Of a stretch of 64,000 nucleotides of DNA, positions 38,563 through 48,493 are shown in pieces; position 1 is the stretch's first letter; each line of letters starts with the position of its first letter. The translations under genes and the position numbers were made by a program. The DNA is from Candidatus Woesebacteria bacterium RBG_13_46_13 (GTDB taxonomy: Bacteria > Patescibacteriota > Microgenomatia > UBA8517): NCBI GenBank assembly GCA_001791995.1, contig MGFR01000003.1, positions 89,543 to 153,542 of the forward strand, read 5' to 3'. The notes beneath the pieces are model-generated. The model was not told the origin of the DNA, searched no databases, and saw only the letters and a program-made list of their open reading frames with translations.

Positions 38563-40344
38563 TTACAACCTGCCAAGTAAATTCTCAAATTGATCAAGAT
38601 TTCTTGTATTGACGATGTCTTCCTTGGTGGCCCAACCCCGCCTGGCCACACTTACCCCGTAGGGCATATTGTTTAGGCCGTCTTTATGGTGAGCATCGGT
38701 TCCGAGTGTTAGTTTCACACCCGCTTTCACAGCGTCGTGGACAAGATTGTCCGGCAAATCCAAGCGCATTGGATCTGCATTAATTTCCAACCATTTCCGA
38801 TTTTTGATACAGAATTCGAAAATCTCCGGCCAGTTAAGTTCGATGCCCTCCCTTTCATTTAGTTTTCTTGCCGTGGGATGAGCGAATATCTTCGCCTTTG
38901 GGTGGGAAAGGCCAGACAATACTCTTTTCGTCATATCGCCCTTAGCTAAACGAAAGCTGGAGTGGACTGAAACTAAAGCGAAATCCAGAATATCCAACCC
39001 TTCTTCAGGAACAGGAAGTCCTCCTTCGGGAAGAATGTCTACTTCGAGGCTATTGAACACTTTTTTTACGCTTCCCGTCTTACTTTTCACTATCGAGTAA
39101 TTTATTTTATCGATAGCCTCCCGCTTACGCTTAAGGAGCTCCACGATCTGTCCGGCGCTATGCTGACTTTTACTGGGATTATGTTCCGTAAAGGCCAGGT
39201 ACTCGTAGGCTAACGAATTGGCAGTTTCCACTATCTCGGCCATAGAGGATTCGCCGATATCGTGGCTGGTCTCGATATCGAAGCTAGAATGGATTTGCAG
39301 ATCGGCCTTGATTTCGCTGGCTTCCACCAGCTTTGGCAGTTTATTCTCCAAAGCGGCCTCAATTTCGCCGCTATCTTCCCGAAGCTCGGGAGGAATCCAT
39401 TCCATGCCCAAATAACGGTAGAAAGATTCTTCATCGGCAAATTTCTTTATTCCTCCTGCTTTTGCCCTTTTAATTCCGTATTCGGACAAGCTCATTCCGT
39501 GCTTGATGGCATACTCCCGCAAGGCTATGTTGTGGTGCTTTGAGCCTGTAAAGTGCTGCAATAGTGCCCCGTAGGCCTCAGGTGGTTGTACCATAAGGTC
39601 TACCTGGATGTCCCCAGGTAAGACCAGTGAAGCGCTTCTGTCGCCCTTCTCAAGCGTCCGTACGGCCTTTGGATAGCGCGTAAAGTGCTCCAGCACCGCG
39701 GGACCATTATCTGAGGCTGCGGCAATGTCGATATCTCCAACCGTGGCTGCTTGTCTGCGCAGGCTTCCCAAAGGATCGACCTTTTTTACGGATTTATCGT
39801 TTTTTAGCCACGCGATTAAATCTTCGGCTATTTGCAAGGCATAGGGCAGAAGGTGTCTTTTGGTTCTGCCTTTGGTCTCCGCTATAGATTTGGCTATATC
39901 TGCCTGGGATTGTTCCCCAAATCCCTCCAGGCCCGATATTTTACCTTCTTTGGCAGCTCTCTCAAGCTCGGAAACCGAGCCTATTTTAAGCTCGCTGACC
40001 AGTCTGTAAGCAGTTTTAGCACCAATTCCCGGAACCTCCATCAACTCAAACATCGCCGGAGGAAGACCTTTCATTACAGCCTGAAAATGTTTGGAGTTCC
40101 CGGTCCTGAAAAGCTCATCTAAATGGGAAGCGATGGATTCCCCGATTCCCGGAACTTCTTTAAGTTTTCCCTCATCCCAGAGATCTTTAAGCTCGCTGGA
40201 GGCATGCTCTACGGCATCGGCTGCCCTCTGGTAAGCAATAATCCTAAATTTGTTCTTATCCGCATCTTTAAGTTGATATGAAGCCGCTACTGCCCTTAAA
40301 AGTTCGGCAATCTGCAGATTGGTCATAGTTTTTGTAAGTTTCAT
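38563..40344 (-). CDS. polX: DNA polymerase X / PHP exonuclease fusion
   Basis: HhH motifs PGIG, GSLRR..GDIDI, VDL, HFTGSK.HN..LR, C-terminal PHP (GTDAH). Confidence 0.93.
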   Translation of the reverse strand: MKLTKTMTNLQIAELLRAVAASYQLKDADKNKFRIIAYQRAADAVEHASSELKDLWDEGKLKEVPGIGESIASHLDELFRTGNSKHFQAVMKGLPPAMFELMEVPGIGAKTAYRLVSELKIGSVSELERAAKEGKISGLEGFGEQSQADIAKSIAETKGRTKRHLLPYALQIAEDLIAWLKNDKSVKKVDPLGSLRRQAATVGDIDIAAASDNGPAVLEHFTRYPKAVRTLEKGDRSASLVLPGDIQVDLMVQPPEAYGALLQHFTGSKHHNIALREYAIKHGMSLSEYGIKRAKAGGIKKFADEESFYRYLGMEWIPPELREDSGEIEAALENKLPKLVEASEIKADLQIHSSFDIETSHDIGESSMAEIVETANSLAYEYLAFTEHNPSKSQHSAGQIVELLKRKREAIDKINYSIVKSKTGSVKKVFNSLEVDILPEGGLPVPEEGLDILDFALVSVHSSFRLAKGDMTKRVLSGLSHPKAKIFAHPTARKLNEREGIELNWPEIFEFCIKNRKWLEINADPMRLDLPDNLVHDAVKAGVKLTLGTDAHHKDGLNNMPYGVSVARRGWATKEDIVNTRNLDQFENLLGRL

Positions 40345-40406
40345 CAACTTAAATAATACAACATAGGCTCGGCTGTGTTATAATTATGCCGTTCTGAATA
40401 GAACTT

Positions 40407-40480
40407 GGGGCTGTAGCTCAGTTGGTTAGAGCGTCCGCCTGTCACGCGGAAGGTCGAGGGTTCGAGTCCCTTCAGCCTCG
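40407..40480 (+). tRNA. tRNA-Asp(GTC), CCA not encoded
   Basis: GGGGCTG/CAGCCTC acceptor stem, anticodon loop CT-GTC-AC, GTTCGAGTCC T-arm. Confidence 0.97.
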
Positions 40481-40483
40481 CTT

Positions 40484-40693
40484 ATGTCAAAGGCAGAATT
40501 TGGGAAAGATGTCCGCTATACTGCTGCGACTATTGAAGCCACAGCCATCGACGGTAATTCACAACCAGGAGAAGCTGCTCTATATATTCTTGGACGAAAC
40601 GAGCCAAATCCAATTGTCAAAAGGGCTGCTTTGCGGGTTAGAACTCAAGAGCTAATTCGTCAAAATTCGCCGAGCCGGCCTAGCCGTCCTTAA
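40484..40693 (+). CDS. Small hypothetical protein directly after tRNA-Asp
   Basis: 69-aa ORF filling the gap to the next promoter; no recognisable motif. Confidence 0.45.
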   Translation: MSKAEFGKDVRYTAATIEATAIDGNSQPGEAALYILGRNEPNPIVKRAALRVRTQELIRQNSPSRPSRP

Positions 40694-40779
40694 TTTCCTC
40701 TTGACTTCCTGCTCAGCTTAATCTAAATTCTTCTCACGCTGCTCTCCTGCCGACTGCTTCATGATTGGAGGTGAATAAA

Positions 40780-41328
40780 TTGGATCTTAAAAACATTCTT
40801 AAATCTCTAAAGTTAAACGAGTCCACAATTTCGATGGTTCTGGGAGCTTTGGTGATAGTCGTTGTCGGAATTTTGGTTGTAAATTATTTCAAGGATCAGG
40901 GAAAAGGTACAATCCCTTTCTTCTCTACAGGCACAAAAACAGAAGTTAGCGAATCTACCCTTCCTAAAACCCACAGCGTTGCCAAGGGAGAAAACCTTTG
41001 GACAATTGCAGAAAAGTATTACGGTTCAGGATATAACTGGGTGGATATTGCCAAAGAAAATAATCTTACAAACGCCGACGTTGTTTCCGAGGGACAAAAC
41101 CTGACGATTCCGAATGTCGAACCTAAAGTTGTTACCCAAACCGAAACCAAGGTGACGGCAGAGGCGATAACCGGAGGAACATATACGGTAGTTAAGGGAG
41201 ATAACCTTTGGAATATTGCGGTAAGAGCTTATGGAGACGGCTACAAATGGACGGAGATTGCCCAGGAAAACAAACTGGAAAATCCCAATCTTATCCACGC
41301 CGGAAACATTCTGACTCTACCAAGATAA
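40780..41328 (+). CDS. Membrane-anchored double LysM protein
   Basis: TM plus two LysM repeats (H/Y-xV-xKG-E/D-NLW-xIA..YG.GY.W..IA..N.L.N); TTG start after GGAGGTG; promoter TTGACT-N17-TAAATT at 40701-40729. Confidence 0.92.
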   Translation: MDLKNILKSLKLNESTISMVLGALVIVVVGILVVNYFKDQGKGTIPFFSTGTKTEVSESTLPKTHSVAKGENLWTIAEKYYGSGYNWVDIAKENNLTNADVVSEGQNLTIPNVEPKVVTQTETKVTAEAITGGTYTVVKGDNLWNIAVRAYGDGYKWTEIAQENKLENPNLIHAGNILTLPR

Positions 41329-41357
41329 CAACCTATGCTATAATTAATCCCGAAATT

Positions 41358-41428
41358 GCGGGATTAGTTGAGCGGTTCAACGTTACCTTCCCAAGGTAGA
41401 AAGACGGGTTCGACTCCCGTATCCCGCT
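41358..41428 (+). tRNA. tRNA-Gly(CCC), CCA not encoded
   Basis: GCGGGAT/ATCCCGC acceptor stem, loop TT-CCC-AA, GGTTCGACTCC. Confidence 0.95.
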
Positions 41429-41478
41429 CAGGCGATTCACTCTTCTTTATTGTCGTTATACAATAGAGCCTACCGAAC

Positions 41479-43428
41479 ATGAAGTTTATTAACTTTTTCA
41501 GGGTTTTATTTATTGTTTTTCTTTTCTTCCTTTTATTCTCTAGACTGGCTTCTGCATTGACCATTTCAACCACTGACGGCAAAAAGATAACCTCCAATAC
41601 CACCGACGCCGACATGCAAATGAGAACAGTGTTTCTTTTGCCGGATTCCGAAGGAGGGGTTTTGGTTATTTGGGCGGAGCTCTCGTCTCCGGATGTAGAT
41701 TTATACGCCCAAAGATACGACTCCACCCTTACTAAAGTCTGGACAAACGATTTAACAATTGTCTCATCGCCTAATCTTATAAGCGATACATATAAAGCCG
41801 TCGCCGACGGAAGCGGTGGTGCGGTAATTACCTGGACTGATAACCGGAATTCCGGCACAACCGAATGGGATATCTACGCCCAGCGAATAGACAAAGACGG
41901 AAATAAACTCTGGGGTGTTAACGATAAACTCATATCTGATGCCAACAAAAGACAGTCTGTTCCCGATGTTTATCAAACTGCAAACGGCGATTATTATTTC
42001 GCCTGGAGAGACTGCAGAGACAATTTGTCCGATGACTGTTCTGGAACTCCACGTGACGTCTATGGCCAAAGACTCGATTCCACAGGGGTAGCCCAATGGA
42101 CAGAAGATGGAGTATTGCTAGGAGATGACCAAGCCGGTGGACCTATCGTTTTATACCCTAACCAAAATAGCGCCGTAGATGTTTGGTTAAGTTCGGCCCG
42201 ACCACTTCTTAAGGTCGCGCAGAATGGAAGTGTAACTACGGAGGACTACCCCCAGGCATACGATTATTTTGCCAAAGATGCCTCCTTTAACATCATAGGT
42301 CTCTATACCGATGTTGACGATATGTTAAAACTGGACAAATTCAACCAAAACGACATGACCGATATGGTTTGGGAGTCATCCGTCGATACAAGTATCGATA
42401 CCAACTATCTGAACGACTGGTACCTTTATTTGGATAATTCCGACAATGTGTACGTGGTTTATATGGACTTCACAAACGACGAGGTGAACTATTACAGCGA
42501 CGTTCTGATTAAAAAATTTCTAACTTCCGGTACGGCTTCGTGGTCCGGCAATGCCACAACCATTCTCCAAACCGCGGACGAGGATAGTATTCTGACCTTT
42601 ACCGATGCAGGCAATAGTAACCTGATACTTAACTCTTTAGACGAACCGGGTGGAACTACTTCTTATACCCATATGCACGCGGTGGATGTATCGACGGGGG
42701 CATTAACTTCCCACTCGTCCAATCCCTATTACACCCATACGGGTGGTGCCCAGACCAGCATGACGCCCATGACTGTCTCGGTTTATAACAATACCAGTGT
42801 ATATAGCCTGTTCGAAGATGAAGACGCAAGCGATCTTAATAATCTCTATCTTTATCTCAATACCATATCGACTGTAACTCCGACCCCGACACCTACCCCC
42901 TCTTCCTCCCAGGGTTCTTCTCCTCCCGGGATACTGGGTTGTAGCGATGCAAAACCCTTAGGGCAACCATTTATTACAAAAGTCGAAAACGAAGGAGGTT
43001 CGGCGGAGATTTATTTTGCACCTGCCCTGAATAATTTCAACAAATACCATATCGCCTATGGAACGGATAATAAAACATTCCCCTACGCCTACGAGTTTTA
43101 TTCGTCGGCAAAAGGAGGAATTGAAACCACAAGAATAGATTATTTAACTTCCGGTGCAAATTATTACTTTAAGATAAAGGCCGTCAACGGCTGTAATTCC
43201 GGAGATTGGTCGGCCTCGGTTGCTCTTTTTCCAGGTAACCTTTTCGGCTCCTCGCGGCAAACAGGGCAAAAATCCCTATTGGTTCCGAATGGAACCCAAA
43301 ACCAAAGCCTGCCGACAATAACTTCGACACCCCCTGCGGGAGGGGAAATTGAAAGTCCGGGTTTTTGGAAACAGCTCATCCTGATGTTAGACAACATCCT
43401 CTCCAAATTAAAAACTCTGTTGTTCTAA
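41479..43428 (+). CDS. Secreted acidic surface protein with beta-rich repeats and C-terminal FN3-like domain
   Basis: Signal peptide; repeats DxxGG-xx-W-xD-xR...D(I/L/V)YAQR; TPTPTP linker; YYFKIKAVNGC..GDWS. Confidence 0.75.
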   Translation: MKFINFFRVLFIVFLFFLLFSRLASALTISTTDGKKITSNTTDADMQMRTVFLLPDSEGGVLVIWAELSSPDVDLYAQRYDSTLTKVWTNDLTIVSSPNLISDTYKAVADGSGGAVITWTDNRNSGTTEWDIYAQRIDKDGNKLWGVNDKLISDANKRQSVPDVYQTANGDYYFAWRDCRDNLSDDCSGTPRDVYGQRLDSTGVAQWTEDGVLLGDDQAGGPIVLYPNQNSAVDVWLSSARPLLKVAQNGSVTTEDYPQAYDYFAKDASFNIIGLYTDVDDMLKLDKFNQNDMTDMVWESSVDTSIDTNYLNDWYLYLDNSDNVYVVYMDFTNDEVNYYSDVLIKKFLTSGTASWSGNATTILQTADEDSILTFTDAGNSNLILNSLDEPGGTTSYTHMHAVDVSTGALTSHSSNPYYTHTGGAQTSMTPMTVSVYNNTSVYSLFEDEDASDLNNLYLYLNTISTVTPTPTPTPSSSQGSSPPGILGCSDAKPLGQPFITKVENEGGSAEIYFAPALNNFNKYHIAYGTDNKTFPYAYEFYSSAKGGIETTRIDYLTSGANYYFKIKAVNGCNSGDWSASVALFPGNLFGSSRQTGQKSLLVPNGTQNQSLPTITSTPPAGGEIESPGFWKQLILMLDNILSKLKTLLF

Positions 43429-43455
43429 ATTCGCGATGTGCTAACATAGATTTCT

Positions 43456-44181
43456 ATGAAACTGAAGCTTGTCAAAAAACAAGACGAGGCCAAAGGAACC
43501 GTCTCTTTTTTCTGGGAACCCGAAAAGAAAGTAAGCTACCTTCCCGGACAGTTTTTTTACTTTACACTTCCCTCGCTTAAGTATCCGGACCCCAGAGGGG
43601 CCACTCGACACTTTACCATTTCATCCTCGCCCACAGAAGAAGGCTTTTTTAGACTATCTACCAGAATACGCGAAGAATCGGGTTACAAAAAAACACTAAA
43701 CGAACTCCCTTTGGGAACCGGGATTGAAGGAGAGGGTCCCAACGGCACTTTTCTCTTGGATGAGGGAGATACCGGCCCTCACGTCTTTTTTGCAGGAGGA
43801 ATAGGAATAACGCCTTTCAGGAGCATTATTAAGTTCGTCGTAGACAAAAACTTAAATATCCCTATCCACCTTATTTATTCAAACTCCATTCCCGAGGAAA
43901 TCGCCTTTAGGAAAGAAATTGAGGAATGGCAAGCCGGTCACCCCAACATCAAAGTGGATATGGCGGTATCCAAGCCCGAAGAATCCAAAGAGAAATGGGA
44001 AGGGTTAACCGGCAGAATCGACGAAAATCTTATTGGTAAACTTCTCCCCAACATTGGCTCCTTAAATTCTATCTTTTGGATTTCGGGACCACCGGCCATG
44101 GTGGATGCGGTAGAGGATTTACTGGGAAAACTTGGAGTTACCTCCAATAAAGTTCGCTCCGAAAAGTTCACCGGCTACTAG
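43456..44181 (+). CDS. Ferredoxin-NAD(P)+ reductase-like FAD oxidoreductase
   Basis: PGQF, RHFTISSSP, AGGIGITPF, SGPPAMV, EKFTGY. Confidence 0.9.
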   Translation: MKLKLVKKQDEAKGTVSFFWEPEKKVSYLPGQFFYFTLPSLKYPDPRGATRHFTISSSPTEEGFFRLSTRIREESGYKKTLNELPLGTGIEGEGPNGTFLLDEGDTGPHVFFAGGIGITPFRSIIKFVVDKNLNIPIHLIYSNSIPEEIAFRKEIEEWQAGHPNIKVDMAVSKPEESKEKWEGLTGRIDENLIGKLLPNIGSLNSIFWISGPPAMVDAVEDLLGKLGVTSNKVRSEKFTGY

Positions 44182-44259
44182 GTTGCTTCTGAGGCTATCC
44201 AGGTATATACTATGGGCCTGCACATTGACAGGCGAAGCGCAAACAAACAAGGAGGAAGT

Positions 44260-44697
44260 ATGTCTAAACCTTCCGCTGAAACCGTCATGCGAAGGATTCA
44301 CGAGTACTTTGTCAGCCTCTGTACCGCGAAGGGCTGGAAACCCTTCCCCGAGGTTCACGAAAATGCAGGTATCTACCGGTTCTCGGCCAGTAGGGTGGTC
44401 AAGGTCGTAGGGTTTCCCTGGACCGACGTCGAACTCAGAATCGAGTTCGTCAAGGCCGACAGGGGAGCGGTCTTCCTGATCGAGGGGATGAACTTCCACT
44501 CGGACGGGGACCTCTCCGGAGGGATATTCCTCGACCCCGTCGAATTTCTGATTTTCCACGGCAAGGAGTTCTGCTCAATCAATCCCGACGTGGAGAACCA
44601 GAACTGCTGGCACATCGCAGCCCCCAAGGACCTAGATGCGTTTTTCGAGGGCTACGATCGGCTGGCCCAAAGGCTCGGGTACGTGACTCTGTTCTAG
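44260..44697 (+). CDS. Hypothetical protein (structured-mRNA cassette A)
   Basis: ATG at 44260 after AAGGAGG; own promoter TTGCTT-N17-TATACT (44183-44211); GC-rich third positions. Confidence 0.75.
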   Translation: MSKPSAETVMRRIHEYFVSLCTAKGWKPFPEVHENAGIYRFSASRVVKVVGFPWTDVELRIEFVKADRGAVFLIEGMNFHSDGDLSGGIFLDPVEFLIFHGKEFCSINPDVENQNCWHIAAPKDLDAFFEGYDRLAQRLGYVTLF

Positions 44698-44704
44698 CAA
44701 GTCC

Positions 44705-44763
44705 AAGGAAGGACTCTTTTCAGGCCTCTGCCTGAAAATCGTGCGCTTCGCCTGTCCTTCCTT
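44705..44763 (+). terminator. Nested 3' structure of cassette A
   Basis: AAGGAAGGAC/GTCCTTCCTT outer stem enclosing hairpin TTTTCAGGC-CTCT-GCCTGAAAA. Confidence 0.6.
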
Positions 44764-44787
44764 TCAATGGTATAATTCCAGTTAATT

Positions 44788-44859
44788 GCCGATGTAGCTC
44801 AATGGCAGAGCAATCCCTTCGTAAGGGAGAGGTTAGGGGTTCAACTCCTCTCATCGGCT
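44788..44859 (+). tRNA. tRNA-Thr(CGT), CCA not encoded
   Basis: GCCGATG/CATCGGC acceptor stem, loop TT-CGT-AA, GGTTCAACTCC. Confidence 0.94.
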
Positions 44860-44866
44860 CTGAGAT

Positions 44867-45583
44867 ATGAGAAGTCATTATTCGAGGTTGGCCAGTAGCG
44901 AAGAAAAAAGAAACATCAGGAGGGCTGCTACTTTTTTGTTTCTCTCCCTTGCTGCCGTAATCGTTCTTCTTACATTTGGACTTCCCACCATTGCCAAATT
45001 CGCCGCATTTTTGACCGATTTGAGGAAAACCGCCCAGCCTGTTGAAAAAAATGACACAACCCCCCCCTCTCCTCCTCAAGTTAGTTCCTTGCCTGATGCC
45101 ACAAATAAATCCACCCTCGAGGTCTCAGGCTCCGCCGAAGCCGCCTCAACCGTGATCTTAACTTTTAACACCTCCGATGAAGAGGTAGTCGCAGACCGGG
45201 ACGGCAAATATGTCTTTTCCCTAACCCTCAAGAAAGGCGAAAACAAACTGGCTTTCAAAGCCAAGGATGCAGCCGGCAACGAAAGTCAAAAAACCCAAAC
45301 TTATGTTGTTCTTTTTGACGAAGATGAGCCGAAAATCGAGATAGGCTCTCCCTCGGACGGAAGCGAATTTTTCGGCTCAATGCAAAGGCAGGTCACAATT
45401 CAGGGTACATCCGAAGCGGAAGCTGCCCTCACTATCAACGACAGACCAATTAAGGTGGAAGATGACGGAAGCTTTACTTATGCAACCACGCTCAGCGAGG
45501 GTGATAATATTTTTAACCTCAAGGCGACTGATAAAGCCGGAAACGTCACCGAAAAGTCCCTCACCCTGAAGTTTTCTCCTTAA
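44867..45583 (+). CDS. Membrane-anchored bacterial Ig-like domain protein
   Basis: TM plus two repeats ending L..G.N......D.AGN. Confidence 0.85.
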   Translation: MRSHYSRLASSEEKRNIRRAATFLFLSLAAVIVLLTFGLPTIAKFAAFLTDLRKTAQPVEKNDTTPPSPPQVSSLPDATNKSTLEVSGSAEAASTVILTFNTSDEEVVADRDGKYVFSLTLKKGENKLAFKAKDAAGNESQKTQTYVVLFDEDEPKIEIGSPSDGSEFFGSMQRQVTIQGTSEAEAALTINDRPIKVEDDGSFTYATTLSEGDNIFNLKATDKAGNVTEKSLTLKFSP

Positions 45584-46733
45584 GAGCCAGGGCAAGGGAT
45601 ATTCCCATGAAGCCCATTACCCAAGGATAGAAATAACTGTTTACGAAAAAGCCGTGTAGGCCGAGCGCGACCGAGGCACCCAAAAAACATAACCCGTAAT
45701 TACCTTTCCCGATGCTTCTGAAAATCTCTATTGCCATTTTTGTAAAAACCAAAAAACCGCCGACCCCAGTGGTAGCCAGAATAAGTAATAATCCCGAGTC
45801 CGATCCGGAACAGGAATGGGAATTAGGATCTATGAAACCCAAATATGATCTTTTGGCCAAACAAAGATTGTTGTAGCCAACGCCGAATAAAGGACTTTTG
45901 CTAAAAATTATTGCGGTTTGCCGATAATTGGTAAGTCTTGCGTAAACGCTGTATAACCTCTCAAGCTTCACCCCTTCACTTGCCCCCCTGGGAAGAAAAA
46001 CGGCGACAGCAATCAGGGCAGCAACAATCAGCAGGCTTAGTTTAACTTTACGCAGAGCAATCAGTATAGCTACCGAACCACCAATGAGAGCAATATAGGC
46101 TGCCCGCGTATAGGTAAAGGCCACCGAGATCAGGAAAAATATTGCCAAAACGGCAAAAACTTTTTTCCTTTTGAAAAAGAATTGCACTATCGAAAAAAGA
46201 AATCCGAAAACCAAAAAGATGCTGGTAAAGGTCGGGTCCAAAAATGTCCCCACCATCCTTAGCAGGTGATCATCCCAGCCCCAGGCGTAAAGCGCCCTCA
46301 GGTCGGGATAAACAAAATATTGAAACCAACCAAATACTCCGATTGCGGTACAAACCGCCATCAGCATGCCCAGCCATTTTTCTTTTTGCTTAACCAGTGT
46401 TACCGCAGCCAAAAACATAAACGAATATGCACCCAGACGTAGGAGATAGAGCCCTCCCAATAAAACCGCGGATGTTTTAAAAACAGCAAAGGAGAGTAAG
46501 AATGAAAAGCCCGCAAGATAAACAAAATTTTTTATATGCCGGAAGACTTTAGGCTTTGGAAACTTGCTCAAAAGAACCAAGATAAAAATAAGCCCAACGA
46601 TAAAATCCGTAGGATGAATAGGTATCGAGGTACCGCCTAAAGCTAATTCCATTCTGGTTAATTGCCCAAATGGAAATAACACCAGATAAAGATAAAAAAG
46701 CCCTTCTACTATTTTTCTCTTTGTTTTATCCAT
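45561..46733 (-). CDS. O-antigen ligase (Wzy_C) family protein
   Basis: Multi-TM; R..GTFLDP, TYTRAA, PLFGVGYN. Confidence 0.85.
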   Translation of the reverse strand: MDKTKRKIVEGLFYLYLVLFPFGQLTRMELALGGTSIPIHPTDFIVGLIFILVLLSKFPKPKVFRHIKNFVYLAGFSFLLSFAVFKTSAVLLGGLYLLRLGAYSFMFLAAVTLVKQKEKWLGMLMAVCTAIGVFGWFQYFVYPDLRALYAWGWDDHLLRMVGTFLDPTFTSIFLVFGFLFSIVQFFFKRKKVFAVLAIFFLISVAFTYTRAAYIALIGGSVAILIALRKVKLSLLIVAALIAVAVFLPRGASEGVKLERLYSVYARLTNYRQTAIIFSKSPLFGVGYNNLCLAKRSYLGFIDPNSHSCSGSDSGLLLILATTGVGGFLVFTKMAIEIFRSIGKGNYGLCFLGASVALGLHGFFVNSYFYPWVMGFMGISLALALKEKTSG

Positions 46734-47455
46734 AGCTTGCTCCAAGCCAAAAATGAATGAAAACTCATTATCAAGGCGGCGACAAATCCTTCTGTCCCGT
46801 CGAGAAATCCCTTCTTTGTTATCCAGTTGTTGAGAAATTTAAGTTTAGGGTAAAAAACGCTTTTAAAAAGATTGGACCTTTTCCCCTCTCTTGCGTTTGC
46901 TTCGGCATGCAGGCCGGACTGCCAATTTACGTCCGATATAAATTCTCTTAAGGTTGCATGAGGATAATGCATTAAAGCATTCTCCAAACTCCCAACCTTT
47001 CCTTGGATGATCCAATGCTCATGAACTTTCCTGACCCACTTTCCTCTATCCACCCTTGCCAGTCTTAAAAGCTTTATGCTTCCGAATTCACCGTGCTTTA
47101 GCGTTTTTCTCCAGATAACATCCTGTCTTTTTATGTAGTATCCGGAAAAATCAGATTCCTGCTTGATGATCTTTGCTATTTCGGATGCCAGCTTTTCGGT
47201 TACCCGTTCATCCGCATCGATAAATAAAACCCATTCATTTGTTGCTTTTTTAAGTCCGAAGTTTCTCTGCGCTGAAAAATCTTCCCCAAGCTCCCTTTCG
47301 TAAACCCTAGCACCACAACTCTTGGCAATTTCGGCTGTGTTATCGGAAGATTTATCATCGACAACGACAATTTCGTTGCAGAATTTCAGACTTCTAAGAC
47401 AGTCCGCGATGTTTTGTTCTTCGTTCTTGCAGAGAATTATTGCGGTTATACTCAT
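46709..47455 (-). CDS. Glycosyltransferase family 2 (WaaE/KdtX-like)
   Basis: KNEEQNI.DCL, VVDDKSSD.T, FIDADE, VHE, GFLDG.EG. Confidence 0.92.
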   Translation of the reverse strand: MSITAIILCKNEEQNIADCLRSLKFCNEIVVVDDKSSDNTAEIAKSCGARVYERELGEDFSAQRNFGLKKATNEWVLFIDADERVTEKLASEIAKIIKQESDFSGYYIKRQDVIWRKTLKHGEFGSIKLLRLARVDRGKWVRKVHEHWIIQGKVGSLENALMHYPHATLREFISDVNWQSGLHAEANAREGKRSNLFKSVFYPKLKFLNNWITKKGFLDGTEGFVAALIMSFHSFLAWSKLWIKQREK

Positions 47456-47835
47456 TTAAGTTCCTCCTTAAGGGCATAAATACCGAAAAAGTTGCCTCCC
47501 TTATTATATATTCTTTCTTTTTCCATATGGTATTAATAGTATTCACAGAAATATTTCCCAACAGATTAGTAAATGGGGGATTGGCTTCTGTAAATTTCTG
47601 ATTGCCAACCTAAAAACACTTAGTTCTTATGTTCTCTATGTTCAAAGTAGGTAAATATTGTACGACATAAGCAGTTATTGCTGTCTTGCTCTTTTCTTCA
47701 ATTTTTCCTTCCCTTGTTTTCGAATCCTTAGTTTTAGATTTTTAATTCTTTATTGCCTTCTTCCCTACCCTCTCGTCTCTTTCCCTTTTCACGCGTGCAG
47801 GTATACACGGACTCGTGCATATTATGTATTCAAAT

Positions 47836-48177
47836 TTAGTCCTCACTGTTTGAATTTATATCACGACTGGTCTGTATACTTTTTCCCAATGAATTAAATG
47901 CTTTAATAAGGCCCTTGAGATCGAAAGTCCTTTCAACAAGTACCTCCATTCGAGCTAAAATTTTTGCAATTATCCGATACTGTTTTACTGTAAATATAGT
48001 TTTAATTTCTGTCGCAAAATGTTGCATTTCCTTACTCGTAGGTTGCTCGCCATATCTATAAACAGTTGATCTGTTAATACCCAAAAATTCAGCTATTTCA
48101 ATCGCGGAATAGTTTAGATCGAGAAGTGTCTTCGCGATTACTTTTTTCTGCTCTTTAGATACAAGGTCGATATCCAT
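47836..48177 (-). CDS. Helix-turn-helix protein in AT-rich segment
   Basis: YSAIEIAEFLGINRSTVYRY HTH. Confidence 0.7.
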   Translation of the reverse strand: MDIDLVSKEQKKVIAKTLLDLNYSAIEIAEFLGINRSTVYRYGEQPTSKEMQHFATEIKTIFTVKQYRIIAKILARMEVLVERTFDLKGLIKAFNSLGKSIQTSRDINSNSED

Positions 48178-48241
48178 GCTTATTTTATCTAATCGAATTA
48201 CATCAAAAGCGCTGACGGGTTTGCAACTTATTTATTTCCAT

Positions 48242-48264
48242 AAAAAAAGCGCCCTCCGGCGCTT
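48242..48264 (-). terminator. Intrinsic terminator downstream of the 48494-49432 gene
   Basis: Minus strand AAGCGCC-GGAG-GGCGCTT followed by a U-run. Confidence 0.7.
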
Positions 48265-48493
48265 GCAGTTGATTTAACTGATTAGCTTATTTACTTATAT
48301 ATCACCAAGTTTCCATTCAGTCAAATTTTATATGATTATCCTATTAGGCTTATCGCAGCTTCCCTATTAATCATTTAACTCCGATAAATAGATATCAAGC
48401 CGGACCGATTTTTTCACTGTGTATATTAAATACCTTTTCAAACACCAACATCCCAACAACAAGACCACCGGCAGGTCGTCTCATCCTTCTGTA

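Noticed and set aside
44227-44756. 15-bp inverted repeat as IS/MITE ends
   Set aside because: No transposase and no evident target duplication; the repeat lies inside the predicted transcript; equivalent arms in the other cassettes use sense-strand G.U pairs. Not fully excluded.
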